In this document: positions 55,901-64,000 of the stretch, piece by piece
Layout of the letters: each line of letters opens with the position of its first letter
Position numbering within the stretch: position 1 is the first letter of the stretch
NCBI GenBank assembly: GCA_008632985.1
Contig: QPGO01000010.1
Span: forward strand, 620,001 to 684,000
Direction: 5' to 3'
Source of the DNA: Psammoneis japonica
Taxonomy: Eukaryota
Length of the DNA stretch: 64,000 nucleotides
The notes under the pieces: model-generated
What the model was told of the DNA's origin: nothing
What the model saw: the letters and a program-made list of their open reading frames with translations, nothing else
The model's database searches: none
Translations under genes and position numbers: made by a program

Positions 55901-56949
55901 GGGACAGGAAAAGTAAAAAGAGTGCATCATGGAGCAAGCTTCTGAAGTTGTGCCATGGAGTGTGCTTTTCCCTTCTTTGTCGGTGTGCAAAAAATCTCAC
56001 CACTCTGATTGTTTTTTGTGGCTGTAAATTGTTGCAACACTGTGCATGTGCACAAGCAAATGTTGTTCTTGTAAAAACCTGGAAACTTTCTTAGAAAAGT
56101 TGCACAGGTGGTGTCATGACTGCCACAGCACTGCACATGAAGACAAGATGAAAAAACCTTTTCTTGAGGGGGTTCACCCCCATGTTCATCCAAGGGTTGC
56201 AATGGCATGTGAGCGACACTTCTGCAGTGTTCATTGTTGAGTGCAAAAATTGTTCTTGCTGTTGTTCACACCTCATCACCTGCCATGCACAAAAAAAAGA
56301 ACATCATGCATGGCAATTGACATGACAACAAGGACAATCATCAACACTTTAAAAAAACACAGCTTGCCATCTACAAACTTTCCATGCATGCAAGAGCTTT
56401 GATGCACAAAGAACACAAAGCAAATGAGAGTTGACAGATGGACCACCTCCAACACAGGTTTATGGTTTGCCATTTTTGCCATGGTGAAGCACAGTGAAAT
56501 TCAGGAAAAGTCATGCAAAACATGAGCAGCCACTCAGCCAATTTGAGCTAAATAAAAACAGCAGCTGGCCACCCTTAAAATGCACACAAATGGCAGTGGT
56601 GCAGCAGGAGGCCTGTTTGCAGTTCACCCCAAATGGTGTTTGCACTTGCAGCATGGCAACCACAGCAAGATGACAGATGTCTCCTCTTGGCCTGCTGTGA
56701 CACTCAATGAGCATCCTTGCCTCCTTGATCTGACAGTGGCTTGAGAGCCCTCTCTGAGCTTTTGTGCACCTGCCCACTTTCTTCTGAACTCTGCTGCCAC
56801 AACCCTGAGGGTGCAGTTCTTTAGGTGCCTTCTGCCTGGCACCTGGCTGGGTGCTTTTTGCCCACAGGTGCAAATGTGCACTTTGTTGTCTCAGCGCCAC
56901 AGAAACCAAAACAAGACAGAAGGTTTCTTGCTTTGGGCTGCTGTGGCAC

Positions 56950-57560
56950 CCAGCAAGCATCCTCAAACTACAACCCAGTGCAAGTGGAGCAACGTTTGAG
57001 AATCCTCAGAGACACAGCTCTTGTCTTGCCTCGTCAACATTCTCCAAGAGAAAGGTCCTGTCAGCAAAACAAGTCAAACATTGCACCGCACAATCTCTTG
57101 GCCACATCAATTTCCTTCTTGGCACCCAGCACTTCGACCATCTTGCTGCACTTGACAATGCAACAGGCCCACAGCAAGGTCTTGAGCACAAAGAGATTGG
57201 AGGCCCAGCAAAAGTGATCACCAAGACAGCAGACAGCACACAAGTCAAAGCTGCCCTTGCCCGGCATGGCTCCCACAACACTTTGCTGTGCCATGAACAA
57301 AGGAGGGCACAGCAAAAATGACCACTTGAGCTCCTTTGGCAATTTTGGGATTGTCAGAGATTGTTGCGGGCTTGCCAATGATGTCAGCACCCACACAATT
57401 TTGACAGGTGATGCCTTGGTTGGGCGCAACTGCAGTGAGATGATCAGCTTCGTGCATTTTCTCACTGGTGCCAGCAGGCTTGTGTCAGGGACATGCTGCC
57501 TTAATGGCACATTTCCTGTCTGCCCACCTGAAATTGCAAGCTCACATTTTGATGAACACG
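56950..57560 (-). pseudogene. Opine (octopine/tauropine) dehydrogenase pseudogene
   Basis: VIFAVPSFVH, GAMPGKGSFDL and KTLLWACCIVKCSKMVEVLGAKKEIDV resemble the family motif ETLPWACRIxxYGxxVEVLGTK. Frameshifted. Confidence 0.7.
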
Positions 57561-58090
57561 GCAACACTTTGAGAGCTTGGGTCATCAGCAGGACACATCA
57601 GCAAGGGTGGTTGTCTTGTTTTGGCTCCCATCTCTGCTTGCAGCACCTGCAACAATGCATGACACCAGCATGCATGGACAGGTCAGCCAGCTGTGATGGC
57701 TTTTGGAAATGCTGGCAGATGGCAGACATGGAGCCGCAATGGACAGAGCATCCGACACACCCACACATTGTTGGACATGTGACTCAAAAGGAGAAAAGCC
57801 TTTTGATTTCGTGGACCCGAAGTCATCCTACGTGTCAAATGACTCACTCAATCACGGATCGAAGTCATCCTATGATGTCTTTACTCTTTACGATTACGTA
57901 CTAGAATCGTACGTACGACTTTGACGACAAAGACACACTTGGGTTAAATAGGAGTATCAACCTAGAATGTCTGTGACCTGTAGAATCCTGAGTTTTTATT
58001 CGCGCCTATGGTGCACGATGCTAGTCGATTTAACCCCGGACAATTTCCGTTACTTATAGGCGTTTCTGTGAACATATTATACTGATTTAA

Positions 58091-58731
58091 CTTTTTCCGT
58101 ACCCGCGGGACAAAATTTTTTGTCCCGGTATTTTCTCTAATTAACTCAAGTGTAATTGTTATTTCATTATTATTATATATTTAATCACATATTTCCTGGT
58201 GTTATATTATTTGAATAGAAAATGTTGCCTTTCCTCTTTGTCAGCAGCTTCAGAAGAATGACTCGGCTTAACACAACATTTCGACCCATAGACATTTAGT
58301 TTAGACACTTATGAAGCAGGGTGCACAGCCCTGCTGACAAAACCTATGCATAATGCAAAACTTTGAATAGGACCGAAGATTTCGGAAATTATCGCCAAAA
58401 GTCACTCTTCCATGGTGTCTACATACGTCCCCAGTATGTATGCGTCTGTCCGTCACTTTTTTGCACCCTATTGCCCTAGTCCATTCAGATGTGTCGTCCG
58501 GTTGTGTACTGTATATCATATGGCACGGATCTCTTCGCAATTGTCCAAACTACAGGTCCAAAGTCTGTCCTAGGGCTTGTAACATAGACAAAACTGTCAC
58601 GGTCGAAACAGCACACATTTATTTGTATTTATTTGAATAGAAAAGTTTTGTTATTTATGTTGGTATTCTTCATAATTCAAAATTTTGTTTAAATAGGGCA
58701 ATCGCGCGAAACCGCGTGGGTACGGAAAAAG
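58091..58731. mobile_element. Non-autonomous TIR element (MITE) with TTAA target-site duplication, piggyBac-like
   Basis: TTAA|CTTTTTCCGTACCC (58087-58104) ... GGGTACGGAAAAAG|TTAA (58718-58735). AT-rich interior with no transposase. Confidence 0.85.
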
Positions 58732-59139
58732 TTAAGTTCAAAGTGGTCATCCAATCTTGTGGAAGAGGTCGGTTAGTTGTTGTCGAATTACGAAATGATG
58801 TGAGAGATGAGCACGAAGAACTGTTGAGCCCTCATCTTTTTCCAATCTTCCGTCGTGCTCCGAACTGTGTCCATTCTTTCCAGGTTGCTCAGCGCATCCT
58901 TTGGCCTTGTGTTGTGGCCATTGTGGAACCACACAATCAAGAAATTGTCATCAAACAGTCGTTGTCGAACCGCAACATGCAAGGAACTTGCAAAGGGAAA
59001 GTCGTTGTCTTGTCCTGTGCAGAGGGTGAACAGCAGACGCTCATTGGATCAGTTGGGGGAGCTTGTTTGGCAACTGTCCCAGGATGAGGCTTTTTGGGGC
59101 GGGCTTGTGTCTTGTGCTGATGTGCACAGGTTCCGGTCA

Positions 59140-62100
59140 GACTGATGAACCAAGTGACGTGCCTTCAACGATGCCCAGTGTTTTCCCTTCTGTTGCACCA
59201 TCAGAATCGCCAAGCAATGTCCCCTCGGCAATGCCGAGCAGCACGCCAAGTTCAGTGCCATCTTCGACTCCATCGGATGTTCCGAGTGGCATGCCTTCAT
59301 CAACTCCGTCAATGATGCCTTCCACCTTACCAAGCAGTTCTCCATCGGGCAAGCCAAGCAGCTCTCCTTCGGTGGTCCCTTCAACAAGCCCTTCCGACGT
59401 TCCCAGTGGCATGCCGAGCACAATGCCTAGCGCCATGCCGTCAGGAATGCCGAGTGCGGTCCCTTCTGATTTTCCGTCGACATTTCCGAGCAGCATGCCG
59501 AGCTCCATGCCTTCGTCAACTCCATCCTTGGCGCCATCGAGTCAGCCTTCTGAAGTCCCGAGTGCGGCACCCAGTGACATGCCGTCTACTAGTCCATCAG
59601 CTCAACCAAGTGATGTGCCCTCTTTGCAACCATCTACGGTACCGTCAACAAGCCCGTCAACTGTACCCAGTTCGGCACCCAGTGATGTCCCGTCTACTAG
59701 TCCATCAGCCCACCCCTTCGGCGCAACCGTCTTCGGTGCCTTCAACAAGCCCGACAGCTGTGCCCAGTTTGGCACCCAGTGACATCCCGTCGGCGAGTCC
59801 ATCAGATCAACCAAGCGATGCGCCTTCTGCGACACCGTCTACATTACCTTCAAAAAGCCCTTCAGCTGTCCCGAGTTCGGCACCCAGTGATGTCCCGTCG
59901 AGTAGTCCATCAGCCCAACCAAGCGATGTCCCTTCCGCGGAACCGTCAACGATGCCTTCAAAAAGCCCCTCAGAAGTCCCGAGTGCAGCACCCAGTGATA
60001 TCCCGTCGACTAGCCCATCAGCTGAACCCAGTGGCGTGCCATCCTCGACACCTTCAACGGTGCCTTCAACGAGCCCGTCAGCGGTCCCGAGTTCTGCACC
60101 AAGTGACATCCCGTCGACCAGTCCATCAGCCGAACCAAGTTACACCCCTTCTGTGCAACCGTCTACGGTGCCATCAACAAGCCCGTCAGCTGTCCCGAGT
60201 TCTTCACCAAGTGATATTCCGTCGAATAGTCCATCAGCCGAACCCAGTAGCGTGCCATCCTCAACGCCTTCGACGGTGCCTTCAATGAGCCCGTCAGAGG
60301 TCCCGAGCTCGGCACCGAGTGACATCCCGTCGACTAGTCCGTCAGATGAACCCAGTAGAGTGCCATCCTCGACACCTTCAGTGGTGCCTTCGACAAGCCC
60401 GTCAGAAGTCCCGAGTACTGCGCCAAGTGATATTCCGTCGACTATTCCATCCGCTGAACCGAGTAATGTGCCATCCTCAAAACCTTCAGCGGTGCCATCG
60501 ACAAGCCCGTCAGAAGTCCCGAGTACTGCGCCAAGTGATATCCCGTCGACTAGTCCATCAGCTGAACCGAGCAGCGTGCCATCCACAACACCTTCTGCCG
60601 TGCCTTCAAAAAGTCCGTCAGCAGTCCCGAGCTCGGCACCCAGTGATATTCCTTCGGCTGGTCCGTCAGCAGAACCAAGTAGCGTGCCATCCTCGACACC
60701 ATCAGCGGTGCCTTCAACAAGCCCATCAGCTGTACCCAGTTCGCACCCAGTGACATCCCGTCGGCTAGTCCATCGGCTCAACCCAGTGATGAACCTTCTG
60801 CGCAACCGTCTGTGGCGCCTTCAACAGGCCCGTCAGCTGTCCCCAGTTCGGCACCCAGTGACATGCCGTCGGATGGCCCATCAGCTCATCCCAGTTATGT
60901 GCCATCTGCGCAGCCGTCTACGGCGCCTTCAACAAGCCCGTCTGCTGCCCCGAGTTCGGCACCCAGTGATGTCCCGTCAGGTAGTCCATCAGCCCAACCA
61001 AGCGATGTGCCTTCTGCGGAACCGTCAACGATGCCTTCAAAAAGCCCCTCAGAAGTCCCGAGTGCAGCACCCAGTGATATCCCGTCGGCTAGTCCATCTT
61101 CCCAACCCAGTGATGTCCCTTCTGCGCAGCCATCTACTGTGCCGTCAACAATCCCGTCAGCTGTACCCAGTTCGGCACCAAGTGACATCCCGTCGGCTAG
61201 ACCATCAGCCCAGCCAAGTGATACCCCTTCCGCGCAACCGTCTACGGTGCCTTCAACAAACCCGTCAGCTGCACCCAGTTCGGCGCCCAGTGATGTCCCG
61301 TCTGCTAGTCCATCAGCCCAGCCAAGTGTTACCCCCTCTGCGCAACCATCTGAGGTGCCTTCAACAAGCCCATCAGCTGTCCCAAGTTCGGCCCCCAGTG
61401 ATGTCCCGTCAGCTAGTCCATCAGCCCAACCAAGTGATGTCCCTTCTGCGCAACCGTCTACAGGGCCTTCAACAAGCCCGTCAGAAGTCCCGAGTTCGAC
61501 ACCCAGTGACCTGCCGTCGACTATTCCGTCCGGACAACCGTCTACAATGCCTTCAACGAACCCATCAGCGATGCCGAGCTCGACACCCAGTGATATCCCA
61601 TCGGCTAGTCCATCTGCCCCAACAAGTGATGCACCTTCTACGGAACCGTCTACGGTGCCTTCAAAAAGCCCGTCAGCTGTCCCCAGTTCGGCACCCAGTG
61701 ACATCCCGTCGGCTAGTCCATCGGCTCAACCCAGTGATGAACCTTCTGCGCAACCGTCTGTGGCGCCTTCATCAGGCCCGTCAGCTGTCCCCAGTTCGGC
61801 ACCCAGTGACATGCCGTCGACTAGTCCATCAGCTCAACCAAGTGATGCGCCTTCGGCACAACCGTCTACGGTGCCTTCAACGAGCCCGTCAGAAGTTCCC
61901 AGTTCGTCACCCAGTGATATACCATCGGCCAGTCCATCTACAAAACCAAGTGATACGCCTTCTGCGCAGCCGTCTACGATGCCGTCAAAAAGCCCGTCTG
62001 CTGACCCCAGTTCGGCACCCACTGACATCCCATCGGCTAGTCCATCGGCTCAACCCAGTGATATTCCTTCGACACAATCGTCTACGGCGCCTTCAACAAG

Positions 62101-64000
62101 CCCGTCAGCTGTCCCCAGTTCGGCACCCAGTGACATGCCGTCGACCATTCCTTCAGCCCAACCAAGTGATGTGCCTTCTGCGCAACCATCTGCGGTGCCA
62201 TCGACAAGCCCGTCAGAAGTCCCCAGTTCGGTACCCAGTGACATCCCGTCGGCAAGTCCATCTACAAAAACAAGTGATACGCCTTCTGCGCAACCGTCTA
62301 CGGTGCCTTCAGCAAGCCCGTCCGACGTTCCCAGTTCGACACCTAGTTATGTGCCGTCGGCCAGTCCATCTACCCAACCAAGTGATACGCCTTCTGTGCG
62401 ACCATCTACGGTGCCGTCAACAAGCCCGTCAGCTGTCCCCAGTTCGGTCCCCAGTGACATCCCGTCGGCTATTCCATCGGCTCAACCCAGTGATGAACCT
62501 TCTGTGCAACCGTCTGTGGCGCCTTCAACAGCCCCATCAGCCGTCCCAAGTTCGGCACCCACTGGCATCCCATCAGCTAGTCCGTCAGCTGAACCAAGTC
62601 GCGTACCATCCTTCACACCGTCAATGGTGCCTTCAACAAGCCCATCAGCTCCCCCAAGTTCAGCACCCAGTGAGGCTCCTTCGACTGGTCCATCTGCACA
62701 ATCATCTGTGGCGCCTTCAACAGGCCCATCAGCTGTCCCGAGTTCGGCCCCCACGAGTGTCCCATCAACTAGTCCGTCAGTTGAACCAAGCAGCGTGCCA
62801 TCCTTGACACCGTCAATGGTGCCTTCCACAAGCCCATCAGCGCCCCCAAGTTCGGCACCCAGTGAGGCTCCTTCAACCCGTCCATCCGCGCAACCGTCTG
62901 TGACGCCTTCAACAGTCCCATCAGCTGCCTCAACTTCGGCACCCACTGGCATCCCATCAACTAGTCCGTCAGCTGAACCAAGTAGCGTGCCATCCTTGAC
63001 ACCGTCAATGGTGCCTTCCACAAGGCCATCAGCTCCCCCGAGTTCGGCACCCAGTGAGGTTCCTTCGACTAGTCCATCCGCACAACTGTCTGAAGCGCCG
63101 TCGGCAGGCCCATCAGCTGTCCCGAGTTCGGCACCCACTAGCATCCCATCAACTAGTCTGTCAGCGGAGCCGAGTAGCTTGTCATCCTCGACACCTTCAA
63201 TGATGCCTTCTTCAAGCCCACCAGCTCCCCCAAGTTCGGCACCCAGTGAGGCTCCTTCGACCAGTCCATCCGCACAACGGTCTGTGGCGCCTTCAACAGG
63301 TCCATCAGCTGTCCCAAGTTCAGCACCCACTGGCATCTCATCAACTAGTCCGTCAGCGGAGCCGAGTAGCGTGCCATCCTCGACACCTTCAATGGTGCCT
63401 TCTTCAAGCGCATCAGCTCCCCCAAGTTCGGCACCCAGCGAGTCTCCTTCGACAAGTCCATCCGCACAACCATCTACGGCGCCTTCTACAGATCCATCAG
63501 CTGTCCCAAGTTCGGCACCCACTAGTATCCCATCAACTAGTCCGTCAAATGAACCCAGTAGCGTGCCCTCCTCGACACTCTCAATGGTGCCTTCAATAAG
63601 CCCATCAGCTGCCCCAAGTTCGGCACCCAGTGAGGCGCCGTCGAATAGTCCATCAGCGGGACCGAGAAGCCAGCTGTCCTCGACACCTTCAACGGCACCT
63701 TCGAGGAGCCCATCAATTGTCCGAAGTTCGCCACCCAGTGAGGGACCATCGACTAGTCCATCCACTCAACCACGTGATTGGCCTTCTCTGCAACCGTCTT
63801 CAGTGCCTTCAACAAGCCCATCTACGGTCCTAAGTTTGGCACCCAGCACAATCCCGTCGGCTAGTCCGTCCGCTGGACCGAGTAGCATGCCATCCTCGGC
63901 ACCTTCAATGGTGTCTTCGACAAGCCCATCCGCTCCCCCAAGTTCGGCACCCAGCCATGCGATGTCAGCGATGCCATCTGATATGCCCAGCACAGTGCCA
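59140..64000 (+). CDS. Giant Pro-Ser-Thr tandem-repeat (PSxx) mucin-like extracellular protein, running off the window; frameshifts near 59712 and 60743
   Basis: Continuous PSxxPSxx repeats with a 12-nt basic and 108-nt higher-order period. The PS frame switches at an ~11-bp deletion and at a 1-bp deletion. Confidence 0.75.

Larger units (their letters stand above)
52090..57820. other. TpA-depleted hypermutated block
   Basis: Roughly two dozen TA in 5.7 kb by eye, about two-thirds of them in YTAR context. Confidence 0.9.

Noticed and set aside
2100..60750. Programmed frameshifting at about 2108, 16367, 17126, 45105 and 60743
   Set aside because: All are single-base indels in short homopolymers of unrelated genes, with no shared slippery motif. 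They are most likely sequencing or assembly errors.
59406..62807. 1133-aa ORF with Arg/His/Gln-rich segments, and Gly/Asp-rich antisense ORFs
   Set aside because: These are alternative frames of the PSxx repeat joined through frameshifts.

Overview
This is eukaryotic genomic DNA, most likely from a pennate diatom. That inference rests on short GT-AG introns, signal-peptide plus F/W plastid-type presequences, DUF285 and LRR proteins, and a giant Pro-Ser-Thr repeat protein. About 20 ordinary genes alternate with four sharply bounded blocks (about 1-1990, 5660-7720, 28630-37480 and 52090-57820). In these blocks the TpA dinucleotide is almost absent, CpG is reduced and CpA/TpG is very abundant. 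The blocks hold decayed transposons (CRE-like LINE, Penelope-like element, an inverted-repeat element), a palindromic satellite and pseudogenised host genes. Internal repeat pairs and conserved Tyr codons show directed TA->TG/CA (A->G) changes, which suggests a RIP-like, repeat-targeted adenine hypermutation process. A 320-bp tRNA-headed SINE/Pol III unit with a 20-bp TSD sits largely spared inside one block. Between two blocks lies a run of enzymes, most with predicted targeting peptides: a chlorophyllase-like hydrolase fused to an RCCR-like domain, a second RCCR-like gene, a methyltransferase, an NmrA reductase, a glycosyltransferase and an ALDH. This is a candidate tetrapyrrole-catabolite cluster. 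Several single-base frameshifts in short homopolymers suggest assembly errors. All counts are by eye and all family assignments come from recalled motifs, not database searches.
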